Of a stretch of 64,000 nt of DNA, positions 28,411 to 42,717 are shown piece by piece. Within the stretch, counting starts at the first letter, position 1; every line of letters begins with the position of its first letter. Below the pieces are notes generated by a model that saw only the letters and a program-made list of their open reading frames with translations, ran no database searches and was not told the origin of the DNA. A program made the position numbers and the translations under genes. The DNA is from Antedon mediterranea (lineage: Eukaryota; Animalia; Echinodermata), in contig NC_092674.1 of assembly GCF_964355755.1 (NCBI RefSeq), positions 17,174,001 through 17,238,000 of the forward strand. The letters run 5' to 3'.

Positions 28411-31400
28411 ATGTAAAATGATGTTATACAACTTTGTTTCTGATTTTAAAAAAGGTCTACTTGGTTAGGCATGACATTTACAACCATAAAAATATCTCAC
28501 TTTCAAAAAAAATATTTATTTTCAATTAAAAAAAAAGAAAAAAAATACCCGTATAGGTTCGAACCCACTGCTGAGAGCACTCAAATCTGAGCATTACCCG
28601 TTACGCCTCAAACCAGCAGATGACTGAGGAGCTGATAATAGTCTATTTATATGAAATTAATGATCAATCAATGAAAAATAATGCCATGCAACTTTGTTTC
28701 TGTTTTTAAAAAAGGTCCACTTGTTTAGGCCTGACATTTACAACCCTCAAAATATCTCACTTTCCAAAACCATATTTATTTTCAATTTAAAAAAAAAAAG
28801 AAAAAAAATATCCCTAGAGGTTCGACCCACTACTCAGAGCACTCAAACCTGAGCATTACCCGTTACGCCACAAACAAGTAGATGACTGAAGAGCTGATAA
28901 TAGTCTATTTATATGAAATAAATAATAAATCAATGAAAAATAATGCCATGCAACTTTGTTTCTGATTTTACAAAAGGTCCACTTGTTTAGGCCTGATATT
29001 TACAACCCTCAAAATATCTCACTTTCAAAAACAATATATATTTTCAATTTAAAAAAAAAATAAATAAAAATATCCCTAGAGGTTCGTCCCACTACTCAGA
29101 GCACTCAAACCTGAGCATTACCCGTTACGCCACAAACCAGTAGATGACTGAAGAGCTGATAATAGTCTATTTATATGAAATGAATGATCAATCAATGAAA
29201 AATAATGTCATGCAAATTTGTTTCTGATTTTAAAAAAGGTCCACTTGTTTAGGCCTGACATTTACAACCCTCAAGATATCTCACTTTCAAAAACAATATT
29301 TACATTCAAGTAAAAAAAAAAGAAAAAAAATATCCCAAGAGGTTCAAACCTACTACTGAGAGAACTCAAACCTGAGCATTACCGGTTACGCCACAAACCA
29401 GTAGATGACTGAAGAGATCATAATAGTCTATTTATATGAAATGAATGATCAATATATCAACGTCAAATGATTTTATGCAACTTTGTTTCTGATTTTTAAA
29501 AAGTCCACTTGGTTAGGGATGACATTTACAACCATAAAAATATCTCACTATCAAAAACAATATGTATTTTCAATAAAAAAAAAAAAGAAAAAAATATTCC
29601 TAGAGGTTCGAACCCATTACTGAGAGAACTCAAACCTGAGCATTACCGGTTACGCCACAACCCAGTAGATGAATGAAGAGCTAATAATAGTCTATTTATA
29701 TGAAATAAATGATCAATCAATGAAAAATAATGTTATGCAACTTTGTTTCTGATTTTAAAAAAGGTCCACTTGTTTAGGCCTGACATTTACAACCCTCAAA
29801 ATATATCATTTTCAAAAACAATATTTATTATCAATAAAAAAAAAAAAAAAAAAAAAAAACCCGTATAGGTCCGAACACACTGCTGAGAGCACTCAAACCT
29901 GAGCATTACCCGTAACGCCACAAACCAGTAGATGACTGAAGAGCTGATAATACTCTATTTATATGAAATAAATAATAAATCAATAAAAAATATTGCCATG
30001 CAACTTTGTTTCTGATTTTAAAAAAGGTCCACTTGTTTAGGCCAGATATTTACAACCCTCAAAATATCTCACTTTAAAAAACAATATTTATTTTCAATTT
30101 AAAAAAAAAAATCCCTAGAGGTTCGAACCCACTACTGAGAGCACTCAAATCTGAGTGTTACGCGTTACGCCACAAACCAATAGATGACTGAGGAGCTGAT
30201 AATAGTCTATTTATATGAAATTAATTATCAATCAATGAAAAATAATGCCATGCAACTTTGTTTCTGATTTTAAAAAAGATCCATTTGTTAAGGCCTGACA
30301 TTTACAACCCTCAAAATATCTCATTTTCAAAAGAAATATTTATTTTCAATAAGAAAAAAAAGCAATATCCCTAGAGGTTGGAACCCGCTACTGAGAGCAC
30401 TCAAATCTGGGTATTACCCGTTACGCCACAAACCAGTAGATGACTGGAGACCTGATAATATGAAATTAATGATCAATCAATGAAAAATAATGCCATGCAA
30501 CTTTGTTTCTGATTTAAAAAATGGTCCACTTCTTTAGGCCTGACATTTACAACCCTAAAAATATCTCACTTTCAAAAACAATATTTATTTTCAATTTAAA
30601 AAAAAAAAAAAAAAATCCCTAGAGGTTCGAACCCACTACTGAGAGCACTCAAACCTGAGTATTACGCGTTACGCCACAAACCAGTAGATGACTGAGGAGC
30701 TGATAATAGTCTATTTATATGAAATTAATTATCAATCAATGAAAAATAATGCCATGCAACTTGATTTCTGATTTTAAAAAAGATCCATTTGTTAAGGCCT
30801 GACATTTACCACCCTCAAAATATCTCATTTTCAAAAGAAATATTTATTTTCAATAAAAAAAAAAAAGCAATATCCCTAGAGGTTGGAACCCGCTACTAAG
30901 AGCACTCAAACCTGGGTATTACCCGTTACGCCACAAACCAGTAGCTGACTGGAGAGCTGATAATAGTCTATTTATATGAAATTAATTATCAATCAATGAA
31001 AAATAATGCCATGCAACTTTGTTTCTGATTTTAAAAAAAGGTCCACTTCTTTAGGCCTGACATTTACAACCCTCAAAATATCTAATTTTCAAAAACAATA
31101 TTTATTTTCAATTTAAAAAAAATAATAATAAAAATATCCCTAGAGGTTCGACCCACTACTCAGAGCACTCAAACCTGAGCATTACCCGTTACGCCACAAA
31201 CCAGTAGATGACTGAAGAGCTGATAATAGTCTATTTATATGAAATGAATGATCAATCAATGAAAAATAATGTCATGCAACTTTGTTTCTGATTTTAAAAA
31301 AGGTCCACTTCTTTAGGCCTGACATTTACAACCCTCAAAATATCTCATTTTCAAAAAAAATATTTATTTTCAATTTTAAAAAAAAGAAAAAAGAAATATC

Positions 31401-34400
31401 CCTAGAGGTTCGAACCCACTACTGAGAGCACTCAAACCTGAGCATTACCCGTTACGCCGCAAAACCAGTAGATGACTGAAGAGCTGATAATAGTCTATTT
31501 ATATGAAGTAGATGATCAATCAATGAAAAATAATGCCATGCAACTTTGTTTCTGATTTTAAAAAAGGTCCACTTGTTTAGGCCTGACATTTACAACCCTC
31601 AAAATATCTCACTTTCAAAAACAATATTTATTTTCAATTTAAAAAAAAAAGAAAAAATATATCCCTAGAAGTTCGAACCCACTATTGAAATCACTCAAGC
31701 CTGAGCATTACCCGTTACGCCGCAAATCAGTAGATGACTGAAGAGCTGATAATAGTCTATTTATATGAAATAGATGATCAATCAATGAAAAATAATACCA
31801 TGCAACTTTGTTTCTGATTTTTAAAAAGGTCCACTTGTTTAGGCCTGACATTTACAACCCTCAAAATATCTCACTTTCAAAAACAATATTTATTTTCAAT
31901 TTAAAAAAAAAAAGAAAAAATATATCCCTAGAAGTTCGAACCCACTATTGAAATCACTCAAGCCTGAGCATTACCCGTTACGCCGCAAATCAGTAGATGA
32001 CTGAAGAGCTGATAATAGTCTATTTATATGAAATAGATGATCAATCAATGAAAAATAATACCATGCAACTTTGTTTCTGATTTTTAAAAAGGTGCACTTG
32101 TTTAAGCCTGATATTTACAACCCTCAAAATATCTCACTTTCAAAAACAATATTTATTTTCAATTAAAAAAAAAACAAAAAAAAACGTAGAGGTTCGAACC
32201 CACTACTGAATGCACTCAAACCTGAGTATTACCCGTTACGACACAAACCAGTAGATAATTGAGGAGCTGATAATAGTCTATTTATATGAAATTAATGATC
32301 AATCAATGAAAAATAATGCTATGCAACTTTGTTTCTGATTTTAAAAAAGGTCCACTTTCAAAAACAATAAGAGTCCACTGACATTTACAACCCTCAAAAT
32401 ATCTCAATTTCAAAAACAATATTTATTTTCAATTAAAAAAAAAAGAAAAAAAAATTCCCGTGTAGGTTCGAACCCACTGCTGAGAGCACTCAAACATGAG
32501 CATTACCCGTTACGCCACAAACCAGTAGATGACTGAAGAGCTGATAATAGTCTATTTATATGAAATGAATGATCAATCAATGAAAAATAATGCCATGCAA
32601 CTTTGTTTCTGATTGAAAAAAAGATCCGTTTGTTTATGCCTGACATTTACAACTATAACAATTTATCACTTTCAAAAACAATATTTATTTTCAATTAAAA
32701 AAAAAAAGAAAAAAAATAACCGTATATGTTCGAACCCACTGCTGAGAGCACTCAAACCTGAGCATTACCCGTTACGCCAAAAACCAGTAGATAACTGAAG
32801 AGCTGATAATAGTCTATTTATATGAAATGAATGATCAATCAATGAAAAATAATGCCATGCAACTTTGTTTCTGATTGAAAAAAATATCTGTTTGTTTAGG
32901 CCTGACATTTACAACCCTCAAAATATCTCATTTTCAAAAAAAAATTTTCTTTTCAATAAGAAAAAAAAAAGCAATATCCGTAGAGGTTGGAACCCGCTAC
33001 TGAGAGCACTCAAACCTGGGTATTACCCGTTACGACACAAACCAGTAGATGACTTAAGAGCTGATAATATGAAATGAATGATCAATCAATGAAAAATAAT
33101 GTTATGCAACTTTGTTTCTGATTTTAAAAAAGGTCCACTTGTTTAGGCCTGACATTTACAACTATAACAATATCTCACTTTCAAAAACAATATTTATTTT
33201 CAAATAAAAAAAAAAGAAAATAAATATCCCTAGAAATTCGAACCCACTATTGAAATCACTCAAACCTAAGCATTACCCGTTACGCCGCAAACCAGTAGAT
33301 GACTGAAGAGCTGATAATAGTCTATTTATATGAAATGAATGATCAATCAATGAAAAATAAATCCATGCAACTTTGTTTCTGATTGAAAAAAAGATCCGTT
33401 TGTTTAGGCCTGACATTTACAACCCTAAAAAAATCTCATTTAAAAAAAAAAAAATTTTCTTTTCAATAAGAAAAAAAAAAAAGAAATATCCCTAGAGGTT
33501 GGATCCCGCTACTGAAAGCACTCAAACCTGGGTATTACCCGTTACGCCACAAACTAGTAGATGACTGAAGAGCTGATAATATGAAATTATTGATCAATCA
33601 ATGAAAAATAATGCCATGCAACTTTGTTTCTGATTTTAAAAAAGGTCCACTTCTTTAGGCCTGACATTTACAACCCTCAAAATATCTCATTTTCAAAAAA
33701 AATATTTATTTTCAATTAAAAAAAAAAGAAAAAGAAATATCCCTAGAGGTTCGAACCCACTACTGACAGCACTCAGACCTGAGTATTACCCGTTTCGCCA
33801 CAAACCAGTAGATAATTGAGGAGCTGATAATAGTCTATTTATATGAAATTAATGATCAATCAATGAAAAATAATGCCATGCAACTTTGTTTCTGATTTTA
33901 AAAAAGGTCCACTTGTTTATGCCTGGCATTTACAACCCTCAAAATATCTCACTTTCAAAAACAATATTTATTTTCAATTAAAAAAAAAGAATAAAAATAT
34001 CCGAAGAGGTTCAAACCCACTACTGAGAGAACTCAAACCTGAGCATTACTGGTTACGCCACAACCCAGTAGATGAGTGAAGAGCTGATAATAGTCTATTT
34101 ATATGAAATGAATGATCAATCAATGAAAAATAATGTTATGCAACTTTGTTTCTGATTTAAAAAAAGTTCCACTTGTTTAGGCATGACATTTACAACCCTC
34201 AAAATATATCATTTTCAAAAACAATATTTATTTTCAATAAAAAAAAAAATAAAAAAAAATACCCGTATAGGTTCGAACCACTGCTGAGAGCACTCAAACC
34301 TGAGCATTACCCGTTACGCCACAAACCAGTAGATGACTGAAGAGATGATAATAGTCTATTTATAAGAAATGAATGATCAATCAATGAAAAATAATGCCAT

Positions 34401-35275
34401 GCAACTTTTTTTCTGATTGAAAAAAAATCCGTTTGTTTAGGCCTGACATTTAAAACCCTCAAAATATCTCATTTTCAAAAAAAAAAATTATTTTCAATAA
34501 GAAAAAAAAAGCAATATCCCTAGAGGTTGGAACCCGCTACTGAGAGCACTCAAACCTGGGTATTACCCGTTACGCCACAAACTAGTAGATGACTGACGAG
34601 CTGATAATATGAAATTAATGATCAATCAATGAAAAATAATGCCATGCAACTTTGTTTCTGATTTTAAAAAAGGTCCACTTCTTTAGACCTGACATTTACA
34701 ACCCTCAAAATATCTCATTTTCAAAAAAGATATTTATTTTCAATTAAAAAAAAAAGAAAAAAGAAATATCACTAGAGGTTCGAACCCACTACTGAGAGCA
34801 CTCATACCTGAGTATTACCCGTTACGCCACAAACCAGTAGATAATTGAGGAGCTGATAATAGTCTATTTATATGAAATTAATGATCAATCAATGAAAAAT
34901 AATGCCATGCAACTTTGTTTCTGATTTTAAAAAAGGTCCACTTGTTTAGGCCTGACAATTACAACCCTCAAAATATCTCACTTTCAAAAACAATATTTAT
35001 TTTCAATTAAAAAAAAAGAAGAAAAAAACATACCCGTGTAGGTTCGAACCCACTGCTGAGAGCACTCAAACCTGAGAATTACCCGTTACGCCACAAACCA
35101 GTAGATGACTGAAGAGCTGATAATACTCTATTTATATGAAATAAATAATAAATCAATGAAAAATAATGCCATGCAACTTTGTTTCTGATTTTAAACAAGC
35201 ACGAATGTGCAATACTCGGGGTACAGCGAAAGAAGCTGTATACAGACGTATACAGTTAGAAAGTTAAAGAAAAAT

Positions 35276-35347
35276 AGGTTTCGCCAGGGCTCGAACCGGG
35301 ACCTTCTGCGTGTTAAGCAGACTTGACAACCACTACACTACGAAACC
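35276..35347 (-). tRNA. tRNA-Val(AAC)-like gene or young pseudogene inside the HINE
   Basis: Minus strand reads GGTTTCG TA GTGT AGTGGTTG TCAA G TCTGC TTAACAC GCAGA AGGT CCCGG TTCGAGC CCTGG CGAAACC T, followed by ATTTTT. The 7 bp acceptor stem and 5 bp anticodon stem are perfect and the anticodon is AAC. The D stem has mismatches and the T stem has one. Confidence 0.8.
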
Positions 35348-35557
35348 TCTTACATTGAAATTGTGGGTTACAGAAAGTTTTTTAATCCATTTAAATTACA
35401 AATAAATGGTAATAAACACAAAGCAAAATAAACATGTGTAAAAGTGATAATTACCGATTACACAAAATAAGTATTTAAAAAAATAATAATAAGATATACT
35501 GTGTATAATTATCATATTGCGTATACAGTACTTTTCATCATAAAGTTTAAAAAAAAA

Positions 35558-35629
35558 GGTTTAGCCCGGGCTCGAACCAGGTACCTTCTGCGTATTGAGC
35601 AAACGTGATAACCACTACGCCAAGAAGCC
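35558..35629 (-). pseudogene. Degenerate tRNA-Val-derived copy inside the HINE
   Basis: Minus strand reads GGCTTCT TG GCGT AGTGGTTA TCAC G TTTGC TCAATAC GCAGA AGGTA CCTGG TTCGAGC CCGGG CTAAACC, followed by a long T run. A and B boxes are intact, while the acceptor stem and anticodon loop are damaged. Confidence 0.8.
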
Positions 35630-38600
35630 GCATATAACCATATAACTACATAACGCTGTGGTGTGTGTCACACATTGCGGATTCTTAATTAAACAAATTA
35701 ATTAACAAAAAATTAAAAATCCGGCTCTATAGCTTTGAGGACATGTCCCTGTAGTATGTTCATGCCAAATCCCAGCTCAATACTACAACTAATAAGGGAG
35801 GAGTAGTACTTTAAAAATCGCACTTTTTACTCAATAGTGTCCAGATGGTGGAGGAGAAAATGAGTAAGTACTAGACTCGGGTACCCCGAGTAAAAAGGTC
35901 CACTTGTTTAGGCCTGATATTTACAACCCTCAACAAATATCTTACTTTCAAAAACCATATTTATTTTCCATTTAAAAAAAAAAAGAAAAAAAATATCCAT
36001 AGAGGTTCGACCCACTACTCAGAGCACGCAAACCTGAGCATTACCCGTTACGCCACAAACCAGTAGATGACTGAAGAGCTGATAATAGTCTATTTATATG
36101 AAATGAATGATCAATCAATGAAAAATAATGCCATGCAACTTTGTTTCTGATTTTAAAAAAGATCCACTTGTTTAGGCCAGACATTTACAACCCTCAAAAT
36201 ATCTCATTTTCAAACAAAATATTTATTTTCAATAAGAAAAAAAAAGCAATATCCCTAGAGGTGGGAACACGCTACTGAGAGCACTCAAACCTGGGTATTA
36301 CCCGTTACGCCACAAACCAGTAGATGACTGAAGAGCTGATAATATGAAATTGATGATCAATCAATGAAAAATAATGCCATGCAACTTTGTTTCTGATTTT
36401 AAAAAAGGTCCACTTGTTTAGGCCTGACATTTACAACCCTCAAAATCTCTCACTTTCAAAAACAATATTTATTTTCAATTAAAAAAAAAAGAACAAAAAT
36501 ACCCGTATAGGTTCGAACCCACTGCTGAGAGCACTCAAACCTGAGCATTACCCGTTACGCCACAAACCAGTAGCTGACTGAAGAGCAGATAATATAAAAT
36601 TAATGATCACTCAATGAAAAATAATGCCATGCAACTTTGTTTCTGATTTTAAAAAAGGTTCACTTCTTTAGGCCTGACATTTTCAACCCTCAAAATATCT
36701 CACTTTCAAAAACAATATTTATTTTCAATTTTAAAAAAAAAGAAAAAATATATCCCTAGAAGTTCGAACCCACTATTGAAATCACTCAAGCCTGAGCATT
36801 ACCCGTTACGCCGCAAATCAGTAGATGACTGAAGAGCTGATAATAGTCTATTTATATGAAATAGATGATCAATATATGAAAAATAATGCCATGCAACTTT
36901 GTTTCTGATTTTTAAAAAGGTCCACTTTTTTAGGCCTGACATTTACAACGCTCAAAATATCTCATTTTCAAAAACAATATTTATTTTCAATGAAAAAAAA
37001 AGAAGAAATAAAATACCCGTATAGGTTCGAACCCACTTCTGAGAGCACGCAAACCTGAGCATAACCCGTTACCCCACAAACCAGTAGATGACTGAAGAGC
37101 TGCTAATACTCTATTTATATGAAATAAATAATAAATCAATGAAAAATAATGCCATGCAAGTTTGTTTCTGATTTTAAAAAAGGTCCACTTGTTTAGGCCT
37201 GATATTTACAACCATCAAAATATCTCACTTTCAAAAACAATATTTATTTTCAATTAAAAAAAAAAAACAAAAAAAACGTAGAGGTTCGAACCCACTACTG
37301 AGTGCACTCAAACCTGAGTATTACCCGTTACGACACAAACCAGTAGATAATTGAGTAGCTGATAATAGTCTATTTATATGAAATTAATGCAACTTTGTTT
37401 TTTTGTTTAGGCCTGACATTTACAACCCTCAAAATATCTCAATTTCAAAAACAATATTTATTTCCAATTAAAAAAAAAAGAAAAAAAATATCCCTAGAAG
37501 TACGAACCCACTATTGAAATCACTCAAACCTGAGCATTACCCGTTACGCCGCAAACCAGTAGATGACTGTAAAGCTGATAATAGTCTATTTATAAGAAAT
37601 GAATGATCAATCAATGAAAAATAATGCCATGCAACTTTTTTTCTGATTTAAAAAAACATCCGTTTGTTTAGGCCTGACATTTAAAACCCTCAAAATATCT
37701 CATTTTCAAAAAAATATTTTCTTTTCAATAAGAAAAAAAAAGCAATATCCCTAGAAGTTGGAACCCGCTACTGAGAGCACTCAAACCTGGGTATTACCCG
37801 TTACGCCACAAACCAGTAGATGACTGAAGAGCTGATAATATGAAATGAATGATCAATCAATGAAAAATAATGTTATGCAACTTTGTTTCTGATTTTTAAA
37901 AAGGTCCACTTGTTTAGGCCTGACATTTACAACTATAACAATATCTCACTTTCAAAAACAATATTTATTTTCAAAAAAAAAAAAAAAGCAATAAACCTAA
38001 AAGTTGGAACCCGCTACTGAGAGCACTCAAACCTGGGTATTACCCGTTACGCCACAAACCAGTAGATGACTGAAGAGCTGATAATATGAAATTAATGATC
38101 AATCAATGAAAAATAATGCCATGCAACTTTGTTTCTGATTTAAAAAAAGATCCGTTTGTTTAGGCCTGACATTTACAAGTATAACAATATCTCACTTTCA
38201 AAAACAATATTTATTTTCAAAAAAAAAAAAGAAGAAAAAAGAGGAATATCCCTAGAAGTTGGAACCCGCTACTGAGAGCACTCAAACCTGGGTATTACCC
38301 GTTACGCCACAAACCAGTAGATGACTGAAGAGCTGATAATATGAAATTAATGATCAACCAATGAAAAATAATGCCATGCAACTTTGTTTCTGATTTTAAA
38401 AAAAGGTCCACTTCTTTAGGCCTGACATTTACAACCCTCAAAATTTCTCACTTCCAAAAACAATATTTACTTTCAATTAAAAAAAAAAAGAAAAAAATAT
38501 TCCTAGAGGTTCGAACTCACTACTGAGAGAACTCAAACCTGAGCATTACCGGTTACGCCACAACCCAGTAGATGAGTGAAGAGCTAATAATAGTCTATTT

Positions 38601-41600
38601 ATATGAAATAAATGATCAATCAATGAAAAATAATGTTATGCAACTTTGTTTCTGATTTTAAAAAAGGTCCACTTGTTTAGGCCTGACATTTAGAACCCTC
38701 AAAATATATCATTTTCAAAACCAATATTTATTATCAATAAAAAAAAAAAAAAAAAAAAAAATACCCGTATAGGTTCGAACACACTGCTGAGAGCACTCAA
38801 ACCTGAGCATTACCCGTTACGCCACAAACCAGTAGATGACTGAAGAGCTGATAATACTCTATTTATATGAAATAAATAATAAATCAATAAAAAATATTGC
38901 CATGCAACTTTGTTTATGATTTTAAAAAAGGTCCACTTGTTTAGGCCAGATATTTACAACCCTCAAAATATCTCACTTTAAAAAACAATATTTATTTTCA
39001 ATTTAAAAAAAAAAATCCCTAGAGGTTCGAACCCACTACTGAGAGCACTCAAATCTGAGTGTTACGCGTTACGCCACAAACCAATAGATGACTGAGGAGC
39101 TGATAATAGTCTATTTATATGAAATTAATTATCAATCAATGAAAAATAATGCCATGCAACTTTGTTTCTGATTTTAAAAAAGATCCATTTGTTAAGGCCT
39201 GACATTTACAACCCTCAAAATATCTCATTTTCAAAAGAAATATTTATTTTCAATAAGAAAAAAAAAGCAATATCCCTAGAGGTTGGAACCCGCTACTGAG
39301 AGCACTCAAATCTGGGTATTACCCGTTACGCCACAAACCAGTAGATGACTGGAGACCTTATAATATGAAATTAATGATCAATCAATGAAAAATAATGCCA
39401 TGCAACTTTGTTTCTGATTTAAAAAAAGGTCCACTTCTTTAGGCCTGACATTTACAACCCTAAAAATATCTCACTTTCAAAAACAATATTTATTTTCAAT
39501 TTAAAAAAAAAAAAAAAAATCCCTAGAGGTTCGAACCCACTACTGAGAGCACTCAAACCTGAGTATTACGCGTTACGCCACAAACCAGTAGATGACTGAG
39601 GAGCTGATAATAGTCTATTTATATGAAATTAATTATCAATCAATGAAAAATAATGCCATGCAACTTGATTTCTGATTTTAAAAAAGATCCATTTGTTAAG
39701 GCCTGACATTTACCACCCTCAAAATATCTCATTTTCAAAAGAAATATTTATTTTCAATAAAAAAAAAAAAAGCAATATCCCTAGAGGTTGGAACCCGCTA
39801 CTAAGAGCACTCAAACCTGGGTATTACCCGTTACGCCACAAACCAGTAGCTGACTGGAGAGCTGATAATAGTCTATTTATATGAAATTAATTATCAATCA
39901 ATGAAAAATAATGCCATGCAACTTTGTTTCTGATTTTAAAAAAAGGTCCACTTCTTTAGGCCTGACATTTACAACCCTCAAAATATCTCATTTTCAAAAA
40001 CAATATTTATTTTCAATTTAAAAAAAAAAATAATAAAAATATCCCTAGAGGTTCGACCCACTACTCAGAGCACTCAAACCTGAGCATTACCCGTTACGCC
40101 ACAAACCAGTAGATGACTGAAGAGCTGATAATAGTCTATTTATATGAAATGAATGATCAATCAATGAAAAATAATGTCATGCAACTTTGTTTCTGATTTT
40201 AAAAAAGGTCCACTTGTTTAGGCCTGGCATTTACAACCCTCAAAATATCTCACTTTCACAAACAATATTTACTTTCAATTAAAAAAAAAAAAGAAAAAAA
40301 ATATCCCAAGAGGTTCAAACCTACTACTGAGAGAACTCAAACCTGAGCATTACCGGTTACGCAATAAACCAGTAGATGACTGAAGAGATCATAATAGTCT
40401 ATTTATATGAAATGAAAGATCAATCAATGTCAAATGATTTTATGCAACTTTGTTTCTGATTTTTAAAAAGGTCCACTTGGTAAGGCATGACATTTACAAC
40501 CATAAAAATATCCCACTATCAAAAACAATATTTATTTTCAATTAAAAAAAAATAAAAAAATATTCCTAGAGGTTCGAACCCACTACTGAGAGAACTCAAA
40601 CCTGAGCATTACCCGTTACGCCACAAACCAGTAGATGACTGAAGAGCTGATAATAGTCTATTTATATGAAATGAATGATCAATCAATGAAAAATAATGCC
40701 ATGCAACTTTGTTTCTGATTTTAAAAAAAGGTCCACTTGTTTAGGCCTGGCATTTACAACCCTCAAAATATCTCACTTTCAAAAACAATATTTACTTTCA
40801 ATTAAAAAAAAAAAAGAAAAAAAATATCCCAAGAGGTTCGAACCTACTACTGAGAGAACTCAAACCTGAGCATTACCGGTTACGCAATAAACCAGTAGAT
40901 GACTGAAGAGATCATAATAGTCTATTTATATGAAATGAAAGATCAATCAATGTCAAATGATTTTATGCAACTTTGTTTCTGATTTTTAAAAAGGTCCACT
41001 TGGTAAGGCATGACATTTACAACCATAAAAATATCTCACTATCAAAAACAATATTTATTTTCAATTAAAAAAAAAATAAAAAAATATTCCTAGAGGTTCG
41101 AACCCACTACTGAGAGAACTCAAACCTGAGCATTACCGGTTACGCCACAACCCAGTAGATGAATGAAGAGCTAATAATAGTCTATTTATATGAAATGAAT
41201 GATCAATCAATGAAAAATAATGTTATGAAACTTTGTTTCTGATTTTAAAAAAGGTCCACTTGTTTAGGCATGACATTTACAACCCTCAAAATATATCATT
41301 TTCAAAAACAATATTTATTTTCAATAAAAAAAAAAAAAAAAAAAAATACCCGTATAGGTTTGAACCACTGCTGAGAGCACTCAAACCTGAGCATTACCCG
41401 TTACGCCACAAACCAGTAGATGACTGAAGAGATGATAATAGTCTATTTATAAGAAATGAATGATCAATCAATGAAAAATAATGCCATGCAACTTTTTTTC
41501 TGATTGAAAAAAACATCCGTTTGTTTAGGCCTGACATTTAAAACCCTCAAAATATCTCATTTTCAAAAAAAAAAATTATTTTCAATAAGAAAAAAAAAAC

Positions 41601-42363
41601 AATATCCCTAAAGGTTGGAACCCGCTACTGAGAGCACTCAAACCTGGGTATTACCCGTTACGCCACAAACTATTAGATGACTGACGAGCTGATAATATGA
41701 AATTAATGATCAATCAATGAAAAATAATGCCATGCAACTTTGTTTCTGATTTTAAAAAAGGTCCACTTCTTTAGACCTGACATTTACAACCCTCAAAATA
41801 TCTCATTTTCAAAAAAGATATTTATTTTCAATTAAAAAAAAAAAGAAAAAAGAAATATCACTAGAGGTTCGAACCCACTACTGAGAGCACTCATACCTGA
41901 GTATTACCCGTTACGCCACAAACCAGTAGATAATTGAGGAGCTGATAATAGTCTATTTATATGAAATTAATGATCAATCAATGAAAAATAATGCCATGCA
42001 ACTTTTTTTCTGATTTTAAAAAAGGTCCACTTGTTTAGGCCTGACAATTACAACCCTCAAAATATCTCACTTTCAAAAACAATATTTATTTTCAATTAAA
42101 AAAAAAAAGAAAAAAACATACCCGTGTAGGTTCGAACCCACTGCTGAGAGCACTCAAACCTGAGAATTACCCGTTACGCCACAAACCAGTAGATGACTGA
42201 AGAGCTGATAATACTCTATTTATATGAAATAAATAATATATCAATGAAAAATAATGCCATGCAACTTTGTTTCTGATTTTAAACAAGCACGAATGTGCAA
42301 TACTCGGGGTACAGCGAAAGAAGCTGTATACAGACGTATACAGTTAGAAAGTTAAAGAAAAAT

Positions 42364-42435
42364 AGGTTTCGCCAGGGCTCGAACCGGGACCTTCTGCGTG
42401 TTAAGCAGACTTGACAACCACTACACTACGAAACC
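42364..42435 (-). tRNA. tRNA-Val(AAC)-like copy in second HINE
   Basis: Same sequence as 35276-35347. Confidence 0.8.
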
Positions 42436-42645
42436 TCTTACATTGAAATTGTGGGTTACAGAAAGTTTTTTAATCCATTTAAATTACAAATAAATGGTAA
42501 TAAACACAAAGCAAAATAAACATGTGTAAAAGTGATAATTACCGATTACACAAAATAAGTATTTAAAAAAATAATAATAAGATATACTGTGTATAATTAT
42601 CATATTGCGTATACAGTACTTTTCACCATAAAGTTTAAAAAAAAA

Positions 42646-42717
42646 GGTTTAGCCCGGGCTCGAACCAGGTACCTTCTGCGTATTGAGCAAACGTGATAAC
42701 CACTACGCCAAGAAGCC
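42646..42717 (-). pseudogene. Degenerate tRNA-Val-derived copy in second HINE
   Basis: Same sequence as 35558-35629. Confidence 0.8.

Larger units (their letters stand above)
35196..35892 (-). mobile_element. Non-autonomous Helentron-associated element (HINE / DINE-1-like), ~697 bp
   Basis: 12 bp subterminal inverted repeats TACTCGGGGTAC (35213-35224) and GTACCCCGAGTA (35881-35892). The 5' subTIR (minus strand) forms a hairpin with an adjacent partial inverted repeat (ACTCGGG-TAC-CCCGAGT). A 3' stem-loop GCAC-ATTC-GTGC is followed by TTGTTT. The element is inserted in the T-run (A-run on +) of a monomer with no target-site duplication. Confidence 0.85.
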
